This document shows positions 1 to 13,250 of a stretch of DNA of 64,000 nucleotides, in pieces; positions within the stretch are counted from its first letter, which is position 1; each line of letters opens with the position of its first letter. Source of the stretch: Eledone cirrhosa. Its lineage: Eukaryota. Both the position numbers and the translations under genes were made by a program. The notes beneath the pieces were generated by a model. It was not told where the DNA came from and made no database searches. It saw only the letters and a program-made list of their open reading frames with translations. The DNA is taken from the NCBI GenBank assembly GCA_964016885.1, contig OZ024743.1, positions 136,214,001-136,278,000 on the forward strand, in the 5' to 3' direction.

Positions 1-3000
1 GTGCTTGGTGTTTGGGTTTTGGTGCTTGGTGCTTGGTGTTTGGTGTTTGGTGCTTGGTGTTTGGTGCTTGGTGTTTGGTGCTGAGTGCTTGGTGTTTTGT
101 GCTTGGTGCGTGGTGCTTGGTGTTTGGTGTTTGGTGCTTGGTGCTTGGTGTTTGGTGTTTGATGCTTGGTGTTTGATGCTTGTTGCTTGGTGCTTGGTGT
201 TTTGTGTTTGGTGTTTGGTGCTTGGTGTATGTACTTGGTGCTTGGTTCTTGGTGTTTGGTGCTTGGTTCTTGGTGTTTGGTGTTTGGTGCTTGGTGCTTG
301 GTGTTTGGTACTTGGTGCTTGGTGTTTGGTTTTTGATGCTTCGTGTTTGATGCTTGGTGCTTGGTGCTTGGTGTTAAGTGTTTGGGGCTTGGTGCTTGTT
401 GCATGGTGCTTGGTGTTTGGTGCTTGGTGCCTGGTGCTTGGTGTTTGGTGCTTGGTGCTTGGTGCTTGGTGTTTGGTGCTTGGTATTTGGTGCTTGGTGC
501 TTGGTGTTTGGTGCTTGGTGTTTGGTGCTTGCTGTTCGGTGCTTGGTGCTTGGTGTTTGGTGCTTGGTGTTAGGTGATTGGTGCTTGGTGCTTGGTGTTT
601 TATGTTTGATCCTTGGTGCTTGGTGTTTGGTGCTTGGTGCTTGGTGTTTGGTGTTTGGTGCTTGGTGCCTGGTGCTTGTTGTATGCTGTTTGGTGCTTGG
701 TGCTTGGTGTTTGGTGTTTGCTGCTTGTTGTCTGGTGTTTGGTGCTTGGTGTTTGGTGTTTGGTGCTTGGTGCTTGGTGCTTGGTATTTGGTGTTTGGTG
801 CTTGGTGCTTGGTGTTTGTTGTTTGGTGCTGGGTGCTTGGAGTTTGGTTCTTGGTGCTTGGTGCTTAGTGCTTGGTGTTTGGTGTTTGGTGCTTGGTGTT
901 GGGTGTTTGGTGTTTGATGCTTGGTGTGTGCTGCTTGGTGCTTGGTGCTTGGTGTTTTTTGTTTGGTGCTTGGTGCTTGGTGCCTGGTGCTTGGTGCTTG
1001 GTGCTTGTTGTTTGGTGCTTGGTGCTTGGTGATTAGTGTTTGGTGCTTGGTGCTTGGGGTTTGCTGTTTGGTGCTTGGTGCTTGGTGTTTGGTGTTTGGT
1101 GTTTGGTGCTTGGTGTCTGGTGTTTGGTGTTTGGTGTTTGGTGCTTGGTGCTTGGTGTTTGGGTTTTGGTGCTTGGTGCTTGGTGTTTGGTGTTTGGTGC
1201 TTGGTGTTTGGTGCTTGGTGTTTGGTGCTGAGTGCTTGGTGTTTTGTGCTTGGTGCGTGGTGCTTGGTGTTTGGTGTTTGGCGCTTGGTGCTTGGTGTTT
1301 GGTGTTTGATGCTTGGTGTTTGATGCTTGTTGCTTGGTGCTTGGTGTTTTGTGTTTGGTGTTTCGTGCTTGGTGTATGTACTTGTTGCTTGGTTCTTGGT
1401 GTTTGGTGCTTGGTTCTTGGTGTTTGGTGCTTGGTGCCTGGTGCTTGTTGTATGCTGTTTGGTGCTTGGTGCTTGGTGTTTGGTGTTTGCTGCTTGGTGT
1501 CTGGTGTTTGGTGCTTGGTGTTTGGTGTTTGGTGCTTGGTGCTTGGTGCTTGGTATTTGGTGTTTGGTGCTTGGTGCTTGGTGATTGTTGTTTGGTGCTG
1601 GGTGCTTGGAGTTTGGTGCTTGGTGCTTGGTGCTTAGTGCTTGGTGTTTGGTGTTTGGTGCTTGGTGTTGGGTGTTTGGTGTTTGATGCTTGGTGTGTGC
1701 TGCTTGGTGCTTGGTGCTTGGTGTTTTGTGTTTGGTGCTTGGTGCTTGGTGCCTGGTGCTTGGTGCTTGGTGCTTGTTGTTTGGTGCTTGGTGCTTGGTG
1801 ATTAGTGTTTGGTGCTTGGTGCTTGGGGTTTGCTGTTTGGTGCTTGGTGCTTGGTGTTTGGTGCTTGGTGCTTGGTGTTTGGTGTTTGGTGCTTGGTGCT
1901 TGGTGTTTGGGTTTTGGTGCTTGGTGCTTGGTGTTTGGTGTTTGGTGCTTGGTGTTTGGTGCTTGGTGTTTGGTGCTGAGTGCTTGGTGTTTGGTGTTTG
2001 ACGCTTGGTGTTTGATGCTTGTTGCTTGGTGCTTGGTGTTTTGTGTTTGGTGTTTGGTGCTTGGTGTATGTACTTGGTGCTTGGTTCTTGGTGTTTGGTG
2101 CTTGGTTCTTGGTGTTTGGTGATTGGTGCTTGGTGCTTGGTGTTTGGTGCTTGGTGCTTGGTGTTTGGTACTTGGTGCTTGGTGTTTGGTTTTTGATGCT
2201 TGGTGTTTGATGCTTGGTGCTTGGTGCTTGGTGTTAAGTGTTTGGGGCTTGGTGCTTGGTGCATGGTGCTTGGTGTTTGGTGCTTGGTGCCTGGTGCTTG
2301 GTGTTTGGTGCTTGGTGCTTGGTGCTTGGTGTTTGGTGCTTGGTATTTGGTGCTTGGTGCTTGGTGTTTGGTGCTTGGTGTTTGGTGCTTGGTGTTCGGT
2401 GCTTGGTGCTTGGTGTTTGGTGCTTGGTGTTAGGTGATTGGTGCTTGGTGCTTGGTGTTTGATGTTTGATCCTTGGTGCTTGGTGTTTGGTGCTTGGTGC
2501 TTGGTGTTTGGTGTTTGGTGCTTGCTGCTTGCTGCTTGGTGTTTGGTGCTTGGTAATTGGTGCTTGGTGTTGGGTACTTGGTGCTTGTTGTTTGGTGTTT
2601 GGTGCTAGGTGCTTGGTGCTTGGTGCTTGGGGTTTGGTGCTTGGTGCTTGGTGTTTGGTGTTTGGTGCTTGGTGCTTGGGGCTTGGTGTTTGGTGCTTTG
2701 TGCTTGGTGCTTATTGTTTGTTGCTTGGTGCTTGGTGCTTCGTGTTTGGTGTTTGGTGTTTGGTGCTTGGTGTTTGGTGCTTGGTGGTTGGTGCTGGGTG
2801 GTTGGTGTTTGGTGCTTGGTGCTTGGTGTTTGGTGCTTGGTGCTTGGTGCTTGTTGTTTGGTGCTTGGTGCTTGGTGCTTGGTCTTTGGTGCTTGGAGTT
2901 TGGTGGTTGGTGCTTGGTGCTTGGTGTTTGGTGTTTGGTGTTTGCTGTATGGTGTTTGCTGTTTCGTATTTGGTTTTTGCTGTTTGGTGTTTGGTGTTTG

Positions 3001-6000
3001 CTGTTTGGTGTTTGGTGTTTGGTGTTTGGTGCTTTGTGCTTGGTGCTTGGTGTTTGGTGTTTGGTGCTTGGTGCTTGGTGTTTGGTGCTTGGTGCTTGGT
3101 GTTTGTTGTTCGGTGCTTGGTGCCTGGTGCTTGTTGTATGCTGTTTGGTGCCTGGTGCTTGGTGTTTGGTGTTTGGTGTTTGGTGCTTGGTGTCTGGTGT
3201 TTGGTGTTTGGTGTTTGGTGCTTGGTGCTTGGTGTTTGGGTTTTGGTGCTTGGTGCTTGGTGTTTGGTGTTTGGTGCTTGGTGTTTGGTGCTTGGTGTTT
3301 GGTGCTGAGTGCTTGGTGTTTTGTGCTTGGTGCGTGGTGCTTGGTGTTTGGTGTTTGGTGCTTGGTGCTTGGTGTTTGGTGTTTGATGCTTGGTGTTTGA
3401 TGCTTGTTGCTTGGTGCTTGGTGTTTTGTGTTTGGTGCTTGGTTCTTGGTGTTTGGTGATTGGTGCTTGGGGCTTGGTGTTTGGTGCTTGGTGCTTGGTG
3501 TTTGGTACTTGGTGCTTGGTGTTTGGTTTTTGATGCTTGGTGTTTGTATGCTTGGTGCTTGGTGTTTGGTACTTGGTGCTTGGTGTTTGGTTTTTGATGC
3601 TTGGTGTTTGATGCTTGGTGCTTGGTGCTTGGTGTTAAGTGTTTGGGGCTTGGTGCTTGTTGCATGGTGCTTGGTGTTTGGTGCTTGGTGCCTGGTGCTT
3701 GGTGTTTGGTGCTTGGTGCTTGGTGCTTGGTGTTTGGTGCTTGGTATTTGGTGCTTGGTGCTTGGTGTTTGGTGCTTGGTGTTTGGTGCTTTGTGTTCGG
3801 TGCTTGGTGCTTGGTGTTTGGTGCTTGGTGTTAGGTGATTGGTGCTTGGTGCTTGGTGTTTTATGTTTGATCCTTGGTGCTTGGTGTTTGGTGCTTGGTG
3901 CTTGGTGTTTGGTGTTTGGTGCTTGGTGCCTGGTGCTTGTTGTATGCTGTTTGGTGCTTGGTGCTTGGTGTTTGATGTTTGCTGCTTGTTGTCTGGTGTT
4001 TGGTGCTTGGTGTTTGGTGTTTGGTGCTTGGTGCTTGGTGCTTGGTATTTGGTGTTTGGTGCTTTGTGCTTGGTGTTTGTTGTTTGGTGCTGGGTGCTTG
4101 GAGTTTGGTTCTTGGTGCTTGGTGCTTAGTGCTTGGTGTTTGGTGTTTGGTGCTTGGTGTTGGGTGTTTGGTGTTTGATGCTTGGTGTGTGCTGCTTGGT
4201 GCTTGGTGCTTGGTGTTTTTTGTTTGGTGCTTGGTGCTTGGTGCCTGGTGCTTGGTGCTTGGTGCTTGTTGTTTGGTGCTTGGTGCTTGGTGATTAGTGT
4301 TTGGTGCTTGGTGCTTGGGGTTTGCTGTTTGGTGCTTGGTGCTTGGTGTTTGGTGTTTGGTGTTTGGTGCTTGGTGTCTGGTGTTTGGTGTTTGGTGTTT
4401 GGTGCTTGGTGCTTGGTGTTTGGGTTTTGGTGCTTGGTGCTTGGTGTTTGGTGTTTGGTGCTTGGTGTTTGGTGCTTGGTGTTTGGTGCTGAGTGCTTGG
4501 TGTTTTGTGCTTGGTGCGTGGTGCTTGGTGTTTGGTGTTTGGCGCTTGGTGCTTGGTGTTTGGTGTTTGATGCTTGGTGTTTGATGCTTGTTGCTTGGTG
4601 CTTGGTGTTTTGTGTTTGGTGTTTCGTGCTTGGTGTATGTACTTGTTGCTTGGTTCTTGGTGTTTGGTGCTTGGTTCTTGGTGTTTGGTGATTGGTGCTT
4701 GGTGCTTGGTGTTTGGTGCTTGGTGCTTGGTGTTTGGTACTTGGTGCTTGGTGTTTGGTTTTTGATGCTTGGTGTTCGATGCTTGGTGCTTGGTGCTTGG
4801 TGTTTAAGTGTTTGGGGCTTGGTGCTTGGTGCATGGTGCTTGGTGTTTGGTGCTTGGTGCCTGGTGCTTGGTGTTTGGTGCTTGGTGCTTGGTGCTTGGT
4901 GTTTGGTGCTTGGTATTTGGTGCTTGGTGCTTGGTGTTCGGTGCTTGGTGTTTGGTGCTTGGTGTTCGGTGCTTGGTGCTTGGTGTTTGGTGCTTGGTGT
5001 TAGGTGATTGGTGCTTGGTGCTTGGTGTTTGATGTTTGATCCTTGGTGCTTGGTGTTTGGTGCTTGGTGCTTGGTGTTTGGTGTTTGGTGCTTGTTGCTT
5101 GCTGCTTGGTGTTTGGTGCTTGGTGATTGGTGCTTGGTGTTGGGTACTTGGTGCTTGTTGTTTGGTGTTTGGTGCTAGGTGCTTGATGCTTGGTGCTTGG
5201 TGTTTGGTGTTTGGTGCTTGGTGCTTGGGGCTCGGTGTTTGGTGCTTTGTGCTTGGTGCTTGGTGTTTGGTGCTTGGTGCTTGGTGCTTCGTGTTTGGTG
5301 TTTGGTGTTTGGTGCTTGGTGTTTGGTGCTTGCTGCTTGGTGCTGGGTGGTTGGTGTTTGGTGCTTGGTGCTTGGTGTTTGGTGCTTGGTGGTTGGTGCT
5401 TGGGGTTTGGTGCTTGGTGCTTGGTGCTTGGTGCTTGGTCTTTGGTGCTTGGTGTTTGGTGTTTGGTGCTTGGTGCTTGGTGTTTGATGCTTGGTGCTTG
5501 GTGATTGGTGTTTGGTGCTTGGTGCTTGGTGCTTGGTGATTAGTGTTTGGTGCTTGGTGCTTGGTGCCTGGTGCTTGGTGCTTGGTGCTTGTTGTTTGAT
5601 GCTTGGTGCTTGGTGATTAGTGTTTGGTGCTTGGTGCTTGGGGTTTGGTGTTTGGTGCTTGGGGTTTGGTGTTTGGTGCTTGGTGCTTGGTGTTTGGTGC
5701 TTGGTGCTTGGTGTTTGGTTCTTGGTGCTTTGTGTTTGATGCTTGGTGTTTGGTGCTTGGTGCTTGATGCTTGGTGCTTGGTGTTAGGTGTTTGGTGCTT
5801 GGTGCTTGGTGTTTGATGTTTGGTCCTTGGTGCTTGGTGTTTGGTGTTTGGTGCTTGGTGCTAGGTGTTTTGTGTGTGGTGCTTGCTGCTTGGTGCTTGG
5901 TGTTTTGTGTTAGGAGTTTGGTGCTTGATGTTTGGTGCTTCGGTCTTGGTGCTTGGTGTTTGGTGTTTGGTGTTTGGTGTATGGTGCTTGGTGCTTGGTG

Positions 6001-9000
6001 TTTGGTGCTTCGTGCTTGGTGCTTGGTGTTTGGTGCATGGTGCTTGGTGTTTGGGGCTTGGTGCCTGGTGCTTTGTGTTTGCTGCTAGGTGCTTGGTGCT
6101 TGGTGTTAGGCGTTTGGTGCTTGGTGCTTGGTGTTTGATGTTTGGTCCTTGGTGCTTGGTGTTTGGTATTTGGTGCTTGGTGCTTGGTGTTTGGTGTTTG
6201 GTGCTTGCTGCTTGCTGCTTGGTGTTTGGTGCTTGGTGATTGGTGCTTGGTGTTTTGTGCTTGGTGCTTGGTGTTTGGTGTTTGGTGCTAGGGGCTTGGT
6301 GCTTGGTGCTTGGTGTTTGGTGCTTGGTGCTTGGTGTTTGGTGTTTGGTGCTTGGTGCGTCGGACTTGGTGTTTGGTGCTTGGTGTTTGGTGCTTGGTGC
6401 TTGGTGCTTGGTGTTTGATGTTTGATCCTTGGTGGTTGGTGTTTGGTGCTTGGTGCTTGGTGTTTGGTGTTTGGTGCTTGCTGCTTGCTGCTTGGTGTTT
6501 GGTGCTTGGTGATTGGTGCTTGGTGTTGGGTACTTGGTGCTTGTTGTTTGGTGTTTGGTGCTAGGTGCTTGGTGCTTGGTGCTTGGGGTTTGGTGCTTGG
6601 TGCTTGGTGTTTGGAGTTTGGTGCTTGGTGCTTGGGGCTTGGTGTTTGGTGCTTTGTGCTTGGTGCTTGTTGTTTGGTGCTTGGTGCTTGGTGCTTCGTG
6701 TTTGGTGTTTGGTGTTTGGTGCTTGGTGTTTGGTGCTTGGTGGTTGGTGATGGGTGGTTGGTGTTTGGTGCTTGGTGCTTGGTGTTTGGTGCTTGGTGCT
6801 TGGTGCTTGTTGTTTGGTGCTTGGTGCTTGGTGCTTGGTCTTTGGTGCTTGGAGTTTGGTGGTTGGTGCTTGGTGCTTGGTGTTTGGTGTTTGGTGTTTG
6901 CTGTATGGTGTTTGCTGTTTCGTATTTGGTTTTTGCTGTTTGGTGTTTGGTGTTTGCTGTTTGGTGTTTGGTGTTTGGTGTTTGGTGCTTTGTGCTTGGT
7001 GCATGGTGTTTGGTGTTTGGTGCTTGGTGCTTGGTGTTTGGTGCTTGGTGCTTGGTGTTTGGTGTTCGGTGCTTGGTGCCTGGTGCTTTTTGTATGCTGT
7101 TTGGTGCCTGGTGCTTGGTGTTTGGTGTTTGGTGTTTGGTGCTTGGTGTCTGGTGTTTGGTGTTTGGTGTTTGGTGCTTGGTGCTTGGTGTTTGGGTTTT
7201 GCTGCTTGGTGCTTGGTGTTTGGTGTTTGGTGCTTGGTGTTTGGTGCTTGGTGTTTGGTGCTGAGTGCTTGGTGTTTTGTGCTTGGTGCGTGGTGCTTGG
7301 TGTTTGGTGTTTGGTGCTTGGTGCTTGGTGTTTGGTGTTTGATGCTTGGTGTTTGATGCTTGTTGCTTGGTGCTTGGTGTTTTGTGTTTGGTGTTTGGTG
7401 CTTGGTGTATGTACTTGGTGCTTGGTTCTTGGTGTTTGGTGCTTGGTTCTTGGTGTTTGGTGATTGGTGCTTGGGGCTTGGTGTTTGGTGCTTGGTGCTT
7501 GGTGTTTGGTACTTGGTGCTTGGTGTTTGGTTTTTGATGCTTGGTGTTTGATGCTTGGTGCTTGGTGCTTGGTGTTAAGTGTTTGGGGCTTGGTGCTTGT
7601 TGCATGGTGCTTGGTGTTTGGTGCTTTGTGCCTGGTGCTTGGTGTTTGGTGCTTGGTGCTTGGTGCTTGGTGTTTGGTGCTTGGTATTTGGTGCTTGGTG
7701 CTTGGTGTTTGGTGCTTGGTGTTTGGTGCTTGGTGTTCGGTGCTTGGTGCTTGGTGTTTGGTGCTTGGTGTTAGGTGATTGGTGCTTGGTGCTTGGTGTT
7801 TTATGTTTGATCCTTGGTGCTTGGTGTCTGGTGCTTGGTGCTTGGTGTTTGGTGTTTGGTGCTTGGTGCCTGGTGCTTGTTGTATGCTGTTTGGTGCTTG
7901 GTGCTTGGTGTTTGGTGTTTGCTGCTTGTTGTCTGGTGTTTGGTGCTTGGTGTTTGGTATTTGGTGCTTGGTGCTTGGTGCTTGGTATTTGGTGTTTGGT
8001 GCTTGGTGCTTGGTGTTTGTTGTTTGGTGCTGGGTGCTTGGAGTTTGGTTCTTGGTGCTTGGTGCTTAGTGCTTGGTGTTTGGTGTTTGGTGCTTGGTGT
8101 TGGGTGTTTGGTGTTTGATGCTTGGTGTGTGCTGCTTGGTGCTTGGTGCTTGGTGTTTTTTGTTTGGTGCTTGGTGCTTGGTGCCTGGTGCTTGGTGCTT
8201 GGTGCTTGTTGTTTGGTGCTTGGTGCTTGGTGATTAGTGTTTGGTGCTTGGTGCTTGGGGTTTGCTGTTTGGTGCTTGGTGCTTGGTGTTTGGTGTTTGG
8301 TGTTTGGTGCTTGGTGTCTGGTGTTTGGTGTTTGGTGTTTGGTGCTTGGTGCTCGGTGTTTGGGTTTTGGTGCTTGGTGCTTGGTGTTTGGTGTTTGGTG
8401 CTTGGTGTTTGGTGCTTGGTGTTTGGTGCTGAGTGCTTGGTGTTTTGTGCTTGGTGCGTGGTGCTTGGTGTTTGGTGTTTGGCGCTTGGTGCTTGGTGTT
8501 TGGTGTTTGATGCTTGGTGTTTGATGCTTGTTGCTTGGTGCTTGGTGTTTTGTGTTTGGTGTTTCGTGCTTGGTGTATGTACTTGTTGCTTGGTTCTTGG
8601 TGTTTGGTGCTTGGTTCTTGGTGTTTGGTGCTTGGTGCCTGGTGCTTGTTGTATGCTGTTTGGTGCTTGGTGCTTGGTGTTTGGTGTTTGCTGCTTGGTG
8701 TCTGGTGTTTGGTGCTTGGTGTTTGGTGTTTGGTGCTTGGTGCTTGGTGCTTGGTATTTGGTGTTTGGTGCTTGGTGCTTGGTGATTGTTGTTTGGTGCT
8801 GGGTGCTTGCAGTTTGGTGCTTGGTGCTTGGTGCTTAGTGCTTGGTGTTTGGTGTTTGGTGCTTGGTGTTGGGTGTTTGGTGTTTGATGCTTGGTGTGTG
8901 CTGCTTGGTGCTTGGTGCTTGGTGTTTTGTGTTTGGTGCTTGGTGCTTGGTGCTTGGTGCTTGTTGTTTGGTGCTTGGTGCTTGGTGATTAGTGTTTGGT

Positions 9001-12000
9001 GCTTGGTGCTTGGGGTTTGCTGTTTGGTGCTTGGTGCTTGGTGTTTGGTGCTTGGTGCTTGGTGTTTGGTGTTTGGTGCTTGGTGCTTGGTGTTTGGGTT
9101 TTGGTGCTTGGTGCTTGGTTTTTGGTGTTTGGTGCTTGGTGTTTGGTGCTTGGTGTTTGGTGCTGAGTGCTTGGTGTTTGGTGTTTGATGCTTGGTGTTT
9201 GATGCTTGTTGCTTGGTGCTTGGTGTTTTGTGTTTGGTGTTTGGTGCTTGGTGTATGTACTTGGTGCTTGGTTCTTGGTGTTTGGTGCTTGGTTCTTGGT
9301 GTTTGGTGATTGCTGCTTGGTGCTTGGTGTTTGGTGCTTGGTGCTTGGTGTTTGGTACTTGGTGCTTGGTGTTTGGTTTTTGATGCTTGGTGTTTGATGC
9401 TTGGTGCTTGGTGCTTGGTGTTAAGTGATTGGGGCTTGGTGCTTGGTGCATGGTGCTTGGTGTTTGGTGCTTGGTGCCTGGTGCTTGGTGTTTGGTGCTT
9501 GGTGCTTGGTGCTTGGTGTTTGGTGCTTGGTATTTGGTGCTTGGTGCTTGGTGTTTGGTGCTTGGTGTTTGGTGCTTGGTGTTCGGTGCTTGGTGCTTGG
9601 TGTTTGGTGCTTGGTGTTAGGTGATTGGTGCTTGGTGCTTGGTGTTTGATGTTTGATCCTTGGTGCTTGGTGTTTGGTGCTTGGTGCTTGGTGTTTGGTG
9701 TTTGGTGCTTGCTGCTTGCTGCTTGGTGTTTGGTGCTTGGTGATTGGTGCTTGGTGTTGGGTACTTGGTGCTTGTTGTTTGGTGTTTGGTGCTAGGTGCT
9801 TGGTGCTTGGTGCTTGGGGTTTGGTGCTTGGTGCTTGGTGTTTGGTGTTTGGTGCTTGGTGCTTGGGGCTTGGTGTTTGGTGCTTTGTGCTTGGTGCTTG
9901 TTGTTTGGTGCTTGGTGCTTGGTGCTTCGTGTTTGGTGTTTGGTGTTTGGTGCTTGGTGTTTGGTGCTTGGTGGTTGGTGCTGGGTGGTTGGTGTTTGGT
10001 GCTTGGTGCTTGGTGTTTGGTGCTTGGTGCTTGGTGCTTGTTGTTTGGTGCTTGGTGCTTGGTGCTTGGTCTTTGGTGCTTGGAGTTTGGTGGTTGGTGC
10101 TTGGTGCTTGGTGTTTGGTGTTTGGTGTTTGCTGTTTGGTGTTTGCTGTTTGGTGTCTGCTTTTTGGTGTTTGGTGTTTGCTGTATGGTGTTTGCTGTTT
10201 CGTATTTGGTTTTTGCTGTTTGGTGTTTGGTGTTTGCTGTTTGGTGTTTGGTGTTTGGTGTTTGGTGCTTTGTGCTTGGTGCTTGGTGTTTGGTGTTTGG
10301 TGCTTGGTGCTTGGTGTTTGGTGCTTGGTGCTTGGTGTTTGGTGTTTGGTGCTTGGTGCCTGGTGCTTGTTGTATGCTGTTTGGTGCCTGGTGCTTGGTG
10401 TTTGGTGTTTGGTGTTTGGTGCTTGGTGTCTGGTGTTTGGTGTTTGGTGTTTGGTGCTTGGTGCTTGGTGTTTGGGTTTTGGTGCTTGGTGCTTGGTGTT
10501 TGGTGTTTGGTGCTTGGTGTTTGGTGCTTGGTGTTTGGTGCTGAGTGCTTGGTGTTTTGTGCTTGGTGCGTGGTGCTTGGTGTTTGGTGTTTGGTGCTTG
10601 GTGCTTGGTGTTTGGTGTTTGATGCTTGGTGTTTGATGCTTGTTGCTTGGTGCTTGGTGTTTTGTGTTTGGTGTTTGGTGCTTGGTGTATGTACTTGGTG
10701 CTTGGTTCTTGGTGTTTGGTGCTTGGTTCTTGGTGTTTGGTGATTGGTGCTTGGGGCTTGGTGTTTGGTGCTTGGTGCTTGGTGTTTGGTACTTGGTGCT
10801 TGGTGTTTGGTTTTTGATGCTTGGTGTTTGATGCTTGGTGCTTGGTGCTTGGTGTTAAGTGTTTGGGGCTTGGTGCTTGTTGCATGGTGCTTGGTGTTTA
10901 GTGCTTGGTGCCTGGTGCTTGGTGTTTGGTGCTTGGTGCTTGGTGCTTGGTGTTTGGTGCTTGGTATTTGGTGCTTGGTGCTTGGTGTTTGGTGCTTGGT
11001 GTTTGGTGCTTGGTGTTCGGTGCTTGGTGCTTGGTGTTTGGTGCTTGGTGTTAGGTGATTGGTGCTTGGTGCTTGGTGTTTTATGTTTGATCCTTGGTGC
11101 TTGGTGTTTGGTGCTTGGTGCTTGGTGTTTGGTGTTTGGTGCTTGGTGCCTGGTGCTTGTTGTATGCTGTTTGGTGCTTGGTGCTTGGTGTTTGGTGTTT
11201 GCTGCTTGTTGTCTGGTGTTTGGTGCTTGGTGTTTGGTGTTTGGTGCTTGGTGCTTGGTGCTTGGTATTTGGTGTTTGGTGCTTGGTGCTTGGTGTTTGT
11301 TGTTTGGTGCTGGGTGCTTGGAGTTTGGTTCTTGGTGCTTGGTGCTTAGTGCTTGGTGTTTGGTGTTTAGTGCTTGGTGTTGGGTGTTTGGTGTTTGATG
11401 CTTGGTGTGTGCTGCTTGGTGCTTGGTGCTTGGTGTTTTTTGTTTGGTGCTTGGTGCTTGGTGCCTGGTGCTTGGTGCTTGGTGCTTGTTGTTTGGTGCT
11501 TGGTGCTTGGTGATTAGTGTTTGGTGCTTGGTGCTTGGGGTTTGCTGTTTGGTGCTTGGTGCTTGGTGTTTGGTGTTTGGTGTTTGGTGCTTGGTGTCTG
11601 GTGTTTGGTGTTTGGTGTTTGGTGCTTGGTGCTTGGTGTTTGGGTTTTGGTGCTTGGTGCTTGGTGTTTGGTGTTTGGTGCTTGGTGTTTGGTGCTTGGT
11701 GTTTGGTGCGGAGTGCTTGGTGTTTTGTGCTTGGTGCGTGGTGCTTGGTGTTTGGTGTTTGGCGCTTGGTGCTTGGTGTTTGGTGTTTGATGCTTGGTGT
11801 TTGATGCTTGTTGCTTGGTGCTTGGTGTTTTGTGTTTGGTGTTTCGTGCTTGGTGTATGTACTTGTTGCTTGGTTCTTGGTGTTTGGTGCTTGGTTCTTG
11901 GTGTTTGGTGATTGGTGCTTGGTGCTTGGTGTTTGGTGCTTGGTGCTTGGTGTTTGGTACTTGGTGCTTGGTGTTTGGTTTTTGATGCTTGGTGTTTGAT

Positions 12001-13250
12001 GCTTGGTGCTTGGTGCTTGGTGTTTAAGTGTTTGGGGCTTGGTGCTTGGTGCATGGTGCTTGGTGTTTGGTGCTTGGTGCCTGGTGCTTGGTGTTTGGTG
12101 CTTGGTGCTTGGTGCTTGGTGTTTGGTGCTTGGTATTTGGTGCTTGGTGCTTGGTGTTTGGTGCTTGGTGTTTGGTGCTTGGTGTTCGGTGCTTGGTGCT
12201 TGGTGTTTGGTGCTTGGTGTTAGGTGATTGGTGCTTGGTGCTTGGTGTTTGATGTTTGATCCTTGGTGCTTGGTGTTTGGTGCTTGGTGCTTGGTGTTTG
12301 GTGTTTGGTGCTTGTTGCTTGCTGCTTGGTGTTTGGTGCATGGTGATTGGTGCTTGGTGTTGGGTACTTGGTGCTTGTTGTTTGGTGTTTGGTGCTAGGT
12401 GCTTGGTGCTTGGTGCTTGGGGTTTGGTGCTTGGTGCTTGGTGTTTGGTGTTTGGTGTTTGGTGCTTGGTGTTTGGTGCTAGGTGCTTGGTGCTGGGTGG
12501 TTGGTGTTTGGTGCTTGGTGCTTGGTGTTTGGTGCTTGGTGGTTGGTGCTTGGGGTTTGGTGCTTGGTGCTTGGTGCTTGGTGCTTGGTCTTTGGTGCTT
12601 GGTGTTTGGTGTTTGGTGCTTGGTGCTTGGTGTTTGATGCTTGCTGCTTGGTGATTGGTGTTTGGTGCTTGGTGCTTGGTGCTTGGTGATTAGTGTTTGG
12701 TGCTTGGTGCTTGGTGCCTGGTGCTTGGTGCTTGGTGCTTGTTGTTTGATGCTTGGTGCTTGGTGATTAGTGTTTGGTGCTTGGTGCTTGGGGTTTGGTG
12801 TTTGGTGCTTGGGGTTTGGTGTTTGGTGCTTGGTGCTTGGTGTTTGGTGCTTGGTGCTTGGTGTTTGGTGCTTGGTGCTTTGTGTTTGATGCTTGGTGTT
12901 TGGTGCTTGGTGCTTGATGCTTGGTGCTTGGTGTTAGGTGTTTGGTGCTTGGTGCTTGGTGTTTGATGTTTGGTCCTTGGTGCTTGGTGTTTGGTGTTTG
13001 GTGCTTGGTGCTAGGTGTTTTGTGTGTGGTGCTTGCTGCTTGGTGCTTGGTGTTTTGTGTTAGGAGTTTGGTGCTTGATGTTTGGTGCTTCGGTCTTGGT
13101 GCTTGGTGTTTGGTGTTTGGTGTATGGTGCTTGGTGCTTGGTGTTTGGTGCTTCGTGCTTGGTGCTTGGTGTTTGGTGCATGGTGCTTGGTGTTTGGGGC
13201 TTGGTGCCTGGTGCTTTGTGTTTGCTGCTAGGTGCTTGGTGCTTGGTGTT
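1..13250 (+). repeat. Left sub-domain: ~7.15-7.22 kb higher-order duplication (about 1-6105 recurs at about 7180-13250), built from ~3.3 and ~3.9 kb sub-blocks
   Basis: Near-identical ORF translations start at 378/3639/7579/10859, 2238/9425, 4808/12028 and 5547/12697. Shared rare marks include the 8-mer TTAAGTGT (~4804/~12024) and TAGGAGTTT...CGGTCTT (~5911-5947/~13061-13097). The copies diverge at ~6107 vs ~13250. Confidence 0.9.

Noticed and set aside
2790-2805. GCTGGGTGG resembling the E. coli Chi site GCTGGTGG
   Set aside because: It has an extra G and is not an exact match. It arises from two point variants of the monomer, and nothing suggests a bacterial context.
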